From Phoronis australis (lineage: Eukaryota > Animalia > Phoronida), in contig NMRA01000275.1 in NCBI GenBank assembly GCA_002633005.1, forward strand, positions 506,893 through 570,892: 64,000 bases of DNA, in the 5' to 3' direction. Of this stretch, positions 1 through 13,417 are shown piece after piece. The notes under the pieces are model-generated. The model had not been told where the DNA came from and searched no databases. It saw only the letters and a program-made list of their open reading frames with translations. Every line of letters begins with the position of its first letter. Positions within the stretch are counted from its first letter, which is position 1. Position numbers and translations under genes: made by a program.

Positions 1-528
1 GTTGCAAAAAATGCAGTACCAGGTAACCTATTCATAGATATGAGGTGTCCATTGTTATAGAAACGGGAACATCTGCCAGATAATGTTTTTGCCAGTAGCT
101 ACTCAAATGTCTTTGTCTTCTCACTGGTAGCCGCATGTACTCTTACTGCCATGTATTCTGTGGTTAATGTTCAAGTTGTGCTCAGACATTCCAAGAGGAA
201 ACTTGTCCTCTCTAGGACACTGTTTAAACGTACATTTTTGTTTTCTTGAGCATGTGTGCACTTGATATTCTGAGAAACCCACAAATCATAATTTACCTCT
301 TTTGTTAATATAGAAAAACAGTTGCTAACTAAATTGGTGACCTTGGTCATTTAGCCATCTACACTGGGTAAAAACAAATGATACAGACATGTTAATTATG
401 GTACCCCACATGCCAATCTTTATAGTTGTCATGTTTGTATGGCTAAGTCCACCCCCTGATTTGTACATTTGTTACTTTAAATGTCCTAACCATGATGAAA
501 GTTATACCATTTGTCTTGTCAATTTCAG

Positions 529-715
529 ATATATTCGTTGCCGGCTACTACTTCAATACAGCCAGTGTTGTGTGGGGCACACTCACATTACTCTTCATCT
601 TCGTTCCCATGGTGATTCTCCAGGTGTTCAGCCTCATATGGTTTCTCGCTGATGCCACCTACAAACGACCTTTTTTATATGTCATACATATCCTGTTACT
701 GGGTCCATTACTCAG
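529..715 (+). CDS. XK-related protein (XKR scramblase family), internal coding exon; earlier exon(s) lie outside the window
   Basis: Acceptor tttcag at 527-528, donor gtgggt at 716. Encodes (D)IFVAGYYF...LFIFVPMVILQVFSLIWFLAD...HILLLGPLLR, typical of the XK-family N-terminal TM region. Phase matches exon 9038. Confidence 0.85.
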
Positions 716-3700
716 GTGGGTACATTAGGCTTTTAGTCCAGATGGCATTTCATTATAGTCCTGTTGTTCAGAAATATCTGTTAGCTCTTGAAGTTTTTTA
801 CAAGTAAAGCAACTGATTGTTTACGTAACCAACATTAGTATGGAGAAGACAGATGTCTAGTATCTGAAACATGTTGTTTTAATACAGTACTTTTCAGCTT
901 GTTAAACAGAAAGTAGTTTTGCCCGTGTTAGGAATGGATGTATTCAAGGGAGTGAATGAGAACCTGAATATATAGTGTGAACAGCGATGTCCTAAAGAAC
1001 GCTCATATAATTTCTGAAAATCATAGTTTTATTAATGCTGCTGGCATGTAGGAAAAGGAAGCTATTGCCAAAACCGTCCCTAATTCTTCACTCTGGAATG
1101 CTCATGCCATTCATATAAAGGTCATTAGTTCAAACTACATTAAAAGTACTCAGTGTTAGGTCACACACAATGTGTTGGTCATTTTGAGACTCTGCAAGGT
1201 ATCCAAACCAAATGGTTTGAATAGCCTTACTTGGTCCTGGGCAACCAGTCAATGGTTTGTACTTCTTGGTACCAGAAAGTGGTTCAGATCTAATTCTCTG
1301 CCTTTGATCTTATCAATAAACAGCACAGCATATCATTAAATTGGAGCTGCTTCATTTTTTGTCATCTCTGTTCTTATGTTTTAGATCAGGTCTGTAGTAT
1401 GACTTGTCACATAAAACTTGAGATGCCTATCCGATGAGCTTGTGGCTTAAAAATGATGATAATGACCGATAGTCGAGCTATTGTTGAGAGCACTCGGTTG
1501 GGTGTTGGCAAAAAAATTTCCAATTCATTCTGTTGATCCAGTAAATAGATTGCCCTATCATACTAGGCATCCACCATAATCTCCAAATATCTGACCAATG
1601 TACTCGTTGATGGACATTATCATTCGCCTAGATTAAGTATTTGATGTACAAGTTATTAATCATAACACTTTTGGAAACTCTGCTGGCAGATAGTGATGCA
1701 ATTTTTGCACCAATCAGTCAATCATTGACCCTCGGTAGGAGCCAGACAGCTGGGTATGTCGAGACAAGTATCATAGTTTTGAGAAGTGTTAGAGTTTGAT
1801 TACTTGTACTCTTGGCTAGGTTTCATACAACTTTAAAATTTATCAGTTGATTGTTTCATGATGTCTAGAACACATTGCTCAAGAATATCAGCATGATTGT
1901 AGCTGCATGCGAGTCAAACAACATGTTACACGGACGCTTTATTTCGCAACGCATTACAAATGACGTGTGTCTGTCCGTCCGTATGTGGAACTGGAAGACG
2001 CAAAATATTCAATAACAGTTCACGGACACATAATTCGCAAAGTAGAACGCATTTAAAGACAAATTGCAAGCAAAACGCCAAATGACAGTAATTAATATTA
2101 CCTTAATGATGTCTTGAGACTCGCGCAGTGACTAGAACACATCTGACGAGTATGATGCATGATAATACAATGTCATTGTTGCTATCCAGCGTATTACTTT
2201 TGCACAATTAGGACCAATTGATATGCATTATCCAAACTTCGGATTCTCTGCTACAAGATACCGGTGAAGTTTTGAAAAGAGCACAGGACTCAGTTACATT
2301 GCAACACCACAAGGAGGTGCTTTTACTGTTTTTTGGGAGTCAGTTTGCCTGTCTATATGAAAAAGTTTGTGGGAAATGGGTTAATAAGAACAATCCCTTG
2401 GATGTTACACATGATCCAAGATCATGCAGGCATAAAACAATGGAAATATGTCACTAAACACAGTTAATCCTTTTTGCATTTTCATCAGCGCCACCTGGCG
2501 AGTATCTAGTCACCCATTGTCGTGATAATTGCTGACAAATAAGAGGAACACCTTACTTCAACCATTTCCCATGTTGAATTGGAAACACTAGCAGTGAACA
2601 GGATGAGTTTTAATGGAAACTCGCCTCATCTTATTAACGTTCCCTCAGCAAATACTTCAGAGTTAGAAATGCCACTTCACCATTTGTGTGGTGGGACATA
2701 GAATGAGAAGTGAGGGTCTACAGCTTTGTTGACTATTCAAAACCAAGCTCTATTCACCTGCTCAACAAGTTGGTGAATAGTGCCCAGTGTATGCCAACCT
2801 TGTTTACATCAGCCCTGGGCCACAATTGATCACGGTCTCTCCATATCTTTTGATGATATTTTCTAAATCTCTGCCAAACAGAAATTAGATAACCTGACCC
2901 ATCCCAAGACTGGAATGCTACTTGGTTGAGGATGTTCTAGTAAAGTGTGGTTGAACACTACCTTCTGACTTTCGTCAATGTAACCGGTTACCTTTTGTGT
3001 TCAGTCACCTACCCTAAATAACAATGCAGGGGCATCACCAAATACCCTGAGTACTGAATAAATCCTGTCGACTGGAGAACACAACACTCTCACTAATATT
3101 GGTTGAAAATAATTGCAAAAAAATCAAATACATGGTTATAATTGCCCACATTGTAGCTACGATATAGGACTTCAGAAGTATAAGCCCTTCATTTGGTACG
3201 GCTTATCTTTTGTGCAAAAATTAGAAAATTTCTCTAGTTTGCCACGTTGGTGTTCTTGTTAAGTTTATGAAATTTTACTGGACGATATATCTTGAGAGGT
3301 GCATAAAAAGATACTGTACGATTTATTTGGAATGGGAAGAAGTTGTGATTTGATTATGGTCATAACTTCTAAGACAATAACAATAAAAATAATAATAATA
3401 ATATCACATCTATTTTTTCCGGAATGTGTGAAACCTTGGTGTTTACTCATTTTAAGTATGTTTTAATGCTGGAAACTCTGAAAGTGATTGACTCACTTAG
3501 GAAAATTTGACAAAATATCACATTTCTTCCTATTTAAGTTATAGTCATTGTGAGTGGTTTATTAAATTCTTTTTTCAATACTTATATAGACATTTAACAG
3601 GGTAATAAGGGTCATTAAAGGGTAGCCTTACAGTCACAGTATTTTCTGATAACGTACATGACAAAGGGAATCGGACAAGATACGGTTTCCCTGGCATGAC

Positions 3701-4636
3701 GCCCAAGAAATGTGAACAGTAAAAATGATTCGTTATGACTGTTATGGCTGCAAAATTCTTATTACAGTATGGTTTAGTCACCTGACTGACTAATTTCTCT
3801 TAGTTGTTGATCATTAGGGAAGGATTCGTTATCAATGAATTCGACTCTGCCCTACCATCATGACGGAATTCTGTGACATTTTGTCTGAATACTTTTGACG
3901 TCTCCTGTTTATATCAGTTCAAGACAAATTCTGGCATTTTCGCCAGCGGCATAAGACTCGCATTAAAATTCAAACTAAATGCCAAAATGACAAATAAATG
4001 GTATCAGTTGAACATTTGAAGGAAGAACAATTTTGTTTTAAAAGCCAAAGGGATAACCCATGAATGTGATAATCTGGCAAATGTCATTGAAGATAGATTT
4101 TTAACCTTACCAAAGGACATAATCTCTCATACTGTATTACAAACCTCAGAAATTTCATTGTTGGTTGCCAAATGAGCACTCATGACTTGCCAAACTGGTA
4201 ACTTGCCAGATTTTTTGTTAATGACCACTCTTAAGTTAAAAGCTCTTAGGGTATTGTGTATCAGCTGGTCCACTTAGCATGGTATTGAACAGTGTCATAC
4301 ATCAACCTCAAACTGTCTGGAACGCCTTCATTTCTAGTTTATTTTGGTCACCTGAGCTCCAGGGTATGTAGAAGTTATGTGGCTAGGTAATGATAATACT
4401 CCGACTGAGAAAAAGTTGTCTGACGGGGTAGTGATTACTACTGAGATTACGGTAAAATCTCACCAATTTTGAACAAAATCAATTGCCAAAAATGTCCTTT
4501 TTACTTGGTGAAATGAAAATTTTCCAAGTAAATATGTTGCTTTGTCAGCGATTTCAGTTTTGTTACTTGGCAAATTTTGCCAAGTATGTTGCCCTAACAT
4601 TAATTTTTCTTCTTTTTTGTTCACACTCTACGAGTG

Positions 4637-5081
4637 GTACCTAAACTGCACGGTCAAAGGACTCATAAACACGGGGCTCGGACGCATGAACATGACTCAC
4701 GGACCTGCAAACACCGTCCACTGACTCACAAACACGGGAACGGACTCACAAAACACGATCCACGCACCCAAATACACGGGACACGGACTCATATTCTTGA
4801 GGAAACACGGTTAACAGACCGCCAAACACGGGTCACGGACAAAATGGAGATGTCAGCTGACCCAGGAAGCCGATGAGTCCGTGACCCGTGTTTAACGGTC
4901 CGTTTACCGTGTTTCGTCAGGAATACGAGTCCGTGTCCTGTGTATTTGGGTGCATGGATCGTGTTTTGTGAGTCCGTTCCTGTGTTTGTGAGTCAGTGGA
5001 CGCTGTTTGCAGGTCCATGAGTCGTGTTCATGCGTCCGTGCCCCGTGTTTATGAGTCCGTTGACCGTGTAGTTTAGGTACC
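4637..5081. mobile_element. Foldback/MITE-like element with ~200-bp inverted arms
   Basis: GGTACCTAAACTGCACGGTCAAAGGACTCATAAACACGGGG... at 4635 recurs as its reverse complement ending near 5081. This is why ORFs 4634+ and 5089- translate almost identically. Confidence 0.75.
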
Positions 5082-5689
5082 GTGACCACGAAGTACTCTG
5101 GACCAGCTCTAATGCAAAAGCAGCTTCAGACTCTGTAAAAGTTGTCTGGCTGGCCAGTGGTCTAGATTCAGACTATGTAGAAGTTGTCTGACTGAGGGAT
5201 GTTCAAGACTCAGACTATGTAAAGTTGTCTGGGGAATGATCTAGACAAGGGTGGATGGCCTGTTACATTGCATTTGCTGTCATTGACGTCACTGGAAAAA
5301 ATAAAGGAATGTAGTCGATGAGGTTTTGTGTAGTAACTAAGTGGGGGAAGCTATAGCTTTGTTTTACCGGTACTATCACAGTTTGAACTTGGCACAATGT
5401 AAGGATCAAAATGGCTGTTTCTTTACCAGTTATGCTTATAGGTTTCTAAACGAGAACAACAAAAATACTTATAACTGTTTGTTTTAAGTATGTATGAATC
5501 CTATGAAATGCTTTTAACATCATATAGTTTTTGTTCATTAGTTTCAAAAGTTAGAAACACAAAATATGCTCGTGACGTAACCCTGACTACTAGTGAATAT
5601 GGTTCATTTCATGTAACAGTCTTCCGGCCCACATTACAAATATATAATACATAGAAAGTACAAGATTTTTCAAACTTAAATCAATTCAT

Positions 5690-6360
5690 ATCAAGGAACT
5701 CATTTTGACGTTTCTTCGCATTAATTAAATATCTAGCAACTTTTCGCAGGACAGTGAAATCGTGAGTCTGTAAAAAATTTCTGAACACTCTCATCCACCT
5801 TATCGTATCTTGGTAAGAACAGCACTCGTAGATCAGAATATAAATTACATTCGAGAAGAAAGTGTAATTCTGTTTCCCTTTTCCCACTGCCACAGCAGGG
5901 ACGTATTCTCGCCTCGCTATCAAGTCCACTAAACCTTCCCTGAACAATCATTAAAGAATGCACTGAGCATCTGAATCTTGCGAGGGCTACTCTGTGAAAA
6001 CTATTTTCTAGACATATTATGTATTTTTCTACTGCAAAATAACATTTAATTATTTTATAAACATCTAACAATTGAGAAAATATATTGTCTTTCCAATTCT
6101 GAATGTCAATACCAAAGCATCGTCATTGAAATTTACTTATAAATGAGGCAGCATCGCCTACACCTTGTTGTATCCTAACAACTCCAAAACCATAAGCAAA
6201 TAACAATCCTTTAAAAGCCCAGCAACACTTACTTTGCTCAGCCATTTCATATTGCACATTATAGCACACACTAACATAACAATGGCTTGGCAAATAATCT
6301 TTAACCAGTTGACAATTCTCAATAATAGATGTACCTTCATTATTTCATAAAAGTTATATA
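5690..6360 (-). mobile_element. Decayed 3' fragment of a non-LTR retrotransposon (LINE) ORF2
   Basis: Frameshifted translation YKIIKCYFAVEKYI...RVALARFRCSVHSLMIVQGRF...RIRPCC...ETELHFLLECNLYSDLR matches the CCHC-containing C-terminus of LINE ORF2 proteins. Confidence 0.8.
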
Positions 6361-6654
6361 GCATAGACTCTATCCTTAATTTTTAAGTTGGTTTTAAAAC
6401 TCACATTACTAAAATGAAAGATGCATTATGCTGATAAGTAAATTTAGCAGTCGGACTTGGGCATTAACCCGATGGTCTTGTAGAAGCAGCTCTGTAAATA
6501 AAACATCTGGTATTTGTATTTTCTTTCCTTAAACAAATCTAAATAGTTTTCAATTTTTTTTCTCTCTGGCATGAACTAAATATAGACTGAATTTCCTGAA
6601 ACATTGTCAGTGTGGCAGGACACATTTTTAATATATTGTGAACAATGAATAATG

Positions 6655-7270
6655 TGATACAACTTGCTGCTGAATACGGAAAGCCAAAGCGGAAAAAATT
6701 CCAGGACACAAATTTTCTATTCAAAAACTAAATTCTCTACAGGACCAGAAAAAAAATATACGCAAACCAAAATTTATCGCGTCAGAACCTATAATTTATC
6801 ACGTGAAGACCAAAATTTAACACACCAAGACACAAAATTTACCATGCCAGGACATAAAATTTCTTGCCTGGCGAAAATTTGTTGCCAAGAGAAAATTTCT
6901 TGCCAGGGAAAAATTTCATGCCAGGAGACCACGTGACAATGACGATCTGCTGTGTCTCTGTAATACTCCGCTGTATTCAAGTCTAGTGTGTCCAACTTTG
7001 GCTTCGGTTGTAAAACGTGGAAGAGACAACAGAAATTCATCCTCATTGTCACCATAATGTGACTGTTGTCGGTAAGACATTGTGCAATTGTCCTTACGTA
7101 ATAAGTTTTGTATCCTGGTGTGATAAATTTTTGGTCCTGACGGGCTAAATTTTGGTTTTGAGTATAATTCTTTGGTCCTGCAGAGAATTTGATTCTTGAA
7201 TAGAAAATTTGTGTCCTGGAATTTTTTCCACTTTGGCTTTCCTGATAGCTGACGCACTCTGTTATTATGT
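6655..7270. mobile_element. MITE/foldback element with long inverted arms and internal subrepeats
   Basis: GGAAAGCCAAAGCGGAAAAAATTCCAGGACACAAATTTTCTATTCAA (~6679-6724) is mirrored by TTGAATAGAAAATTTGTGTCCTGGAATTTTTTCCACTTTGGCTTTCC (~7196-7242). Repeated AAATTT..CCAGGA motifs lie inside. Confidence 0.7.
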
Positions 7271-7364
7271 CATGAAAATGGTGATTCAAAACTTGATAAG
7301 GGCATTGTCTCATTTAATGCCTTGCTGCCTTATTGCATAAATACCTTTTTTATAAAGTAAGAAG

Positions 7365-7446
7365 ATTTGTTCATTGAAGTAAGCAGTACAATTTGTTCAT
7401 TGAAGTAAGCAGTACAATTTGTTCATTGAAGTAAGCAGTACAATTT
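7365..7446. repeat. 26-bp tandem repeat x3
   Basis: ATTTGTTCATTGAAGTAAGCAGTACA, three perfect copies. Confidence 0.95.
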
Positions 7447-9037
7447 CATACATCTGCAAAGAAATCATCATGAAACTCATGACTACAATATTTTGAGACA
7501 CTACGTGATGTCAGTCAGGAACACAGTGCATTCTAATTTGTCAAATTTATCAAATTTTTTAGCCTGGATCAGTGGTCTAGTCGCTGATAAAAGACGACAG
7601 ATCTTGTCCACTGACCTACGATTACCCTTCTGGAATACTTAAAAATGTCTGTGATAACATTTTGACTGATAGTGCGCTTTTAATGGGTAACTATCAAAAT
7701 ATTTAATACATGCTTGTTTTATATGACTTTATTGAATGTGTATCGCTGATAGCAATAAATTGGTCGTGGTGTTCATTATAGTAGTGTAATGGTTGGATGG
7801 TTCTTTTTCAAGCTAAGCCACATGAAAATAGTTGCAGGACATAAAAAATTTCCTTTCAGTGTATTGGTAAAGACTTGAATGTTTTAACTATCCAAAGACA
7901 AAGCATGTTTTGTGAAGGCAATTTCAAGGGGTTTTAACAAATTCTAACTGGCTTAATCTCAAACCAAACTTAAATGACAGAAATGATTGTACATCAAAAC
8001 CCACAAAATAATTATCAAAACGGTCGATGACCTGTACCAAATTACCTGTACATAGTTTCAGTGAGTACTTTAATTTAGTGTTGTTCATTTCAAGGTCCTC
8101 AGGCCACGGTAATGTATGGCAATGTTTTCAAACGTTTTCCATAGAAATTATTTTCCACTGAAAGAAATGATTTAGGAAAATGTCATTGAACCGTAATGTA
8201 TAATAGTTCCATAGTTCAGAGAGGGTACATAGTTGTATCTAGAATTATCCTCTTCTGTGTAGGTAGAAAAATGCTTTGTATGATTGGCCTTGTTTTCAAA
8301 GATCGTGTCACTACCTGGCCTATTGTTTATGATTTCAGAATGACAACTCCCTGTGCAACACTAAAACTTAATTTGAAATAGAATTACAAATTACGGACTA
8401 CTTTTGTCGCAAAATAAAAATACTTATGTGATATGGATGACAGCACTTTAGGGAAGTGCTATCCAGAGTCATGGTTGCATTGTTGAATATGAGCTTTGAA
8501 TTGAATGGTATAGAGCTGGAACATCTCCTTGTTGTACAAAGGAGTTTTAAGTACAGTTAAAACAGAATCCTATCCACTTGAGTTGTTCCATGTGGTAAAC
8601 ATTTATTCCATGTTGTCAAGTGCTATTGATTTGTTAGGTCTTGAGTGACCAGTAAATCCAGATTGGTTGCATGGACTACTTAAAACTTCCCAATGGCACT
8701 GTGCATATGAAACAGTTTATACCTTACTTCAACATAGCTGGAGTTGGGTCTGTGAGTGTGGCATCTAGTTTTGCTTCTCAGTTAATTTACAGGTCTGATA
8801 AGTGAACAGCTAATTTCTGATTTACCAGTTTGCCCCAAGCTGAAAGTTATACACTGTCTACAAAAATGTCCACTGTAGAAGCCTTCACTACTGCACAATT
8901 GTTCCCTCTCTCTACGAATATTCGTTGCTGTATGGGATCTGTTTTTTGTGCCATTGTGCCTCGTTTTACATATAAATTCATTCATGATTCATTTTGGGGT
9001 GCACGAGTTCATTCAATTTCTCACCCTTATCTTCCAG

Positions 9038-9228
9038 ATATCTGTTGGTTCTGAAAAATGCATTCAAAGCTTGGAAGACTCGCGGCCAAGAGGACATATC
9101 TCGGTTCTACCAGCAGCAGAATGACTTGTGTATCCTCCGACTGTTTGAGTCTTTCCTGGAGTCAGCACCTCAGGTTTTGTTACAACTGTACATTGTGTTG
9201 AGGACACAGGATGCCAGCTGGATGACAT
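9038..9228 (+). CDS. XK-related protein, coding exon
   Basis: ttccag acceptor, gtaagt donor. Contains the XK-family signature DLCILRLFESFLESAPQVLLQLYIVL. Confidence 0.93.
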
Positions 9229-9380
9229 GTAAGTGGCAGACTCTTTTGAGAAGTCTCATTTTCAAAAAGTTCTCTATAATTGGCAAACATCTTTCTGCAA
9301 ATTGTCCTCTTATTTGCTGCCAATCACTGTGTGATTTTTGTTACTTATCTGTAACAACCATAATTTCATAAGTTAGATGA

Positions 9381-9438
9381 TGTGGGTGTGTATGTGTGTG
9401 GGTGCGTGTGTGTGTGGGTGCGTGTGTGTGTGTGGGTG
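9381..9438. repeat. Imperfect (GT)n microsatellite
   Basis: tgtgggtgtgtatgtgtgtgggtgcgtgtg... Confidence 0.85.
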
Positions 9439-9915
9439 CTTGTTTGTATACATTATGTTTTGTCTCAAGCATACATTTTCTAAAAAAATCGTGTGATTTT
9501 TGTTTTCCTTATCTGTCTGTGTTTCAGTTCACTACCAAATGTACAAAAACTTCTTGTTTTCAGCCACATTTTCGGTCAATTATCGACTGATTTTTAACTT
9601 ATTGATTGTAATATTCACTATCTTTTTGTGTCTTCTATAAAACGATAAGTTCTACTGTTGGAAGTTCTTGTTATTTTAGTCACAGTGATGTACGATATCA
9701 GTTTTTGGTTGTAACATCAATGATTTTTCTATATACTGTATACATTGGTTATGAATCTGATCATGAAAAGTATCTGGTCAATTCTTTTGTATTAATGAAG
9801 TGAAAAAATATTGTGGCGAATTTGCGGAGGTTATAAGGTATAGCTGTGGAACGTAGAATTTGATATATGAGCAATTTCTGGTTTAATAATGCTCTGTTAT
9901 TTGATTTCATTGTAG

Positions 9916-10125
9916 CATGTTCCGCTGTCATTTCTCTACTGTCTCTGGCTTGGTCTGTGGCGGCGTACACCAATGCCATGCGGCTAGCCACCTACGACAA
10001 CTACAGCATGTCCTGTAAAGGACTAACGGTACTGTCACTATGGAGACTGTTCATGCTGACCTCAAGGATCATAACTCTAGTTATCTTCACTGCTGCTTTT
10101 CAAGGATGGATATTTCTTGTATTAG
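9916..10125 (+). CDS. XK-related protein, coding exon
   Basis: ttgtag acceptor, gtacgt donor. SLLSLAWSVAAY...LWRLFMLTSRIITLVIF are XK motifs; phase 1-1. Confidence 0.92.
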
Positions 10126-10875
10126 GTACGTGGAAAAGGGAAGAAATGAGAGTGTAGCAATGTAGCAATATGGCCGGTGAAATTCTGTTTGCCAATTTTT
10201 GCAGCAAATATAAAGATTAAGAAATTTTAGTCTATTGCTTCCATGGTTTGTAATCCGTAGACGTCATAAAACAACTTTTGGTAAACTTTCTGTTATTTGC
10301 AGTAAGGTAATGACAATTTTGTCAGCTATTTTTTACATGGAATAAGAGGGGGAAATAACAAACTGGATTTAAGGAATTAGTGGTATCCTTTATATGTCTG
10401 GGTTAACAACTGTAACTTGAGGATCAGGGGCTCAGCCAGGAGCACGTGGACACATGTGACAGGTTTGAGTTAAGGAGGACATTAATGTTAGTATTTAGTT
10501 GTAATGTCAAACAGAGCAATGGGTAATATGTAAAACGCACCTTAAAGGTTAAAGTTAAGATGAATTTTATAGTGGTTGAGTTACAGGCAAGTATATCACA
10601 TGTGTGTTTTGGGGGCTGAATTTTTTGGATCAATAAGTCGTCCGCACTTTAAGGGAATCGTTTGTCTCATTTGTTTGTATTGGATGAGTGTATTAAAGTG
10701 AAAGTTAATGCTGTTGGCATTTAGCTTGAGGTAGGCATTTACTCGGACAAATGTGGTACTAAGCAAGAAATTGGTTGTTAACTAGAAGTAGTGTTTGCTT
10801 ATTATAGTAACAAGTACCTTGTCCTGGTTGTAATGTCTGTTGTGTTGCAGTAACCAGTTGACATTTACAATATGA

Positions 10876-11021
10876 GTTAAGGAACATCGGCTGCTCTTGA
10901 TTGACTTTGCTGGTACTGTCAGGTCAACCAGAAATTATCTTCGAGAACCAGTCAGACCTCTTAGGCGATTGACCTGCCAGAACCAGTGAAGTCAACCAAG
11001 TGCAGCCATTGAATCACTAAC
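10876..11021. mobile_element. Short palindromic MITE-like hairpin
   Basis: GGCTGCTCTTGATTGACTTTGCTGGTACTGTCAGGTCAA (from 10889) pairs with TTGACCTGCCAGAACCAGTGAAGTCAACCAAGTGCAGCC (to 11007). Confidence 0.65.
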
Positions 11022-11371
11022 AAAAATTGAACAAATTAAAGTCTTTTTCAGAACACGTATTCGTTGTCATATATCCAATACAGTTTTGGTCATGTAGTAG
11101 ATTTTGCCTGCATTACTATAAATTTGACTATGGTAGGGTTACATCAACACTTTACAGTTTGGATTGTTTCATTGTATCTGAAGCTGTGTTCAACAATGAT
11201 GATCTGAAGTTTGATAATGTGATGTCATTTATATGTTGTTCACAGTTTGAGTTTCATGCACTTGTGATCAGGAGTGTATTCAGGCACACCAATCTGATTC
11301 TATAATCATTGATAAATTTTATCGATATTTTAAGTAAAGAAACTATGAATCATACAATACTATTATCACAG

Positions 11372-11653
11372 GAATCCACTGGGCAGCCATGTTTGTTTGG
11401 ATCACCCTTCAAAAGACAGACTTTTGTGGCACATGGCTGACCGAGCGACTTTACAACGTCGTTGTTGCCGTTATCTACTGCTTCAGTTTCTTCAATGTGA
11501 GCGATGGACGCACAAGGTGGCGTGTCGTTGGATTCTATGCAGCCATGCTTGTTGAGAACACAGTACTGTTGGTAGCGTGGCTGGCTGCAGCCAATCCAGC
11601 ACCATGGAAGATGTGGTGCACAGTCGCTGGAGTCTACGGCTCATTCGTCCTAG
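11372..11653 (+). CDS. XK-related protein, coding exon
   Basis: tcacag acceptor, gtgggt donor. GIHWAAMFVW...TDFC...ERLYNVVVAVIYCFSFFNVSDGRTRWR...FYAAMLVEN, XKR4/6-like. Confidence 0.92.
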
Positions 11654-12253
11654 GTGGGTCATAACTGAAGAATTAATTTTTTTTATTTTTTTTTATGGAG
11701 TGATTACGACAGTACAAGCTGCCACAACATCTTTTAGGACTATTCGCAATCTTGTGCATGAGTTTGGTCCAAGCATTTCATGACCAGATTTAATGCTTTC
11801 TGTTTCCAGATATAATGCTTTTAGTGCTTCCTGGCCTTCACTCCAATTATGCTGCATTAAACATTTTTTCGTAATAAACATATTTTAAAAAATCATTTTG
11901 TGAATGTGTCGTACAGTAGCCTATACTGACAACTGAAACAACATGGTTTTGTATAAAACTTCAGATGAGGCAGATTGGTCCTGTTTGAAATCTGCATAAT
12001 CTTGTATTTGTGTCTATGCAAAGCTTGGAACATTGGTTGACTGAGTTCTTGGAGTATTGATTTAAATGACCTTGGTGTGATTTGGAATATAACTTATTAC
12101 TGAAAAAGATTTGTAATTCAGTTTCATAAGAATAACGGTATTTGACATTAATTTGAAATATATAATTATATGAAATTTATCTAAAATAGGGAATGAATTT
12201 ATATGGTGATATCATGTTACTAACTGCTAAATGTAAATTTTCCTGTTTTCCAG

Positions 12254-12315
12254 GCTTGATCTGTATGTTACTTTACTACAGATTTTGTCACCCAAGCACG
12301 GACACTAAAACAAAG
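12254..12315 (+). CDS. XK-related protein, coding exon (last TM, YYRFCHP motif)
   Basis: ttccag acceptor, gtatgt donor. GLICMLLYYRFCHP matches the family YY..HP motif. Confidence 0.9.
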
Positions 12316-13417
12316 GTATGTTCCATCACGTTCACCTGTGAATCCAGTCCATGTATTGGTCAATGGTCCAATTATATGGTCATTGTTTGACATTTTTATA
12401 TCGTTTTTAACTTTCTAAATCAGTGTTTATTACAAACAAAATCTTGGTGTTGAAATGCTATGAATAGCGTTTTTCTGTCAAAAACAACTCTTGTAACCAA
12501 TCAGTTGTTTTTGAATTGTGACACCTGTTACCTGTAATTGCAGAGTGGAAATAGGTTTATGTAAGACCTTCAGAAATGTCCAAATTTAGATAGCTTCAGA
12601 ACAATCGCATCTCAGAAACTGCTCATCAAATTCACACAGAATTTTAACATACCATGCTTTGTGCAATGTTCTCGAAAATGGAATAGTTTTTAGGGGCTAT
12701 CAAAAACAGGTCTTTTATGATTTTTATGAAAGAATTAGATTGGCCCAAGATAAAAGTGAATCATAGATTAGAAAGCTGGAACAGCGTTTTGAGATTTTAT
12801 CTGAAATATTAAATATAAAAAATTTACCTATTTTCTGGATACTGTTGTTCTCTATGAATGCACTTTTCTTCTTCATCAATTTTTCTAAACAAAAATGGTC
12901 ACATGACCGAATTAATGGCAATTAATTCTACAGAATTTCAACTTTCAAAAGGTATTTTTACTGTCAAAATCTATTAGTTTTTAAAGATTTTTGACAGACT
13001 TGTCGATAAGGTCAGGTACATAACCTTAATTTGCTTTTTACGAATTGTGTTTAGGGATGTTACGTATCAAAACATGAGTGTTAATTACAGATGTTTCAGA
13101 TATGTATTTATAAAAGGGAAATGCAACTGTTTTTGGTTTTAGCTTTACTTAAAATAAAAATCCCTGAATATCATAAAGAGATATTTTTAGGTATTAATTG
13201 CTGTTTCTCTGGACTTGTGCTATCGTGAGTCAGTCAATGGATTCAAATATTGGGCCATATACATCATTTTTCTACTGTTCTGTATGGAATTGCAAAGGGC
13301 CAGGGAAAAGTAATTATCCCTGAAAAATATATCTCCACAATAATCATTTATTTTTATTTTATGTAACAGTAACTTCAGGAACGTTTCCCCTTAAACTCAT
13401 GCATACATTATTTTCAG

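Noticed and set aside
4634-5089. Pair of near-identical His/Thr-rich ORFs on opposite strands
   Set aside because: By-product of the inverted arms of a foldback element; same for ORFs 6664-7313.
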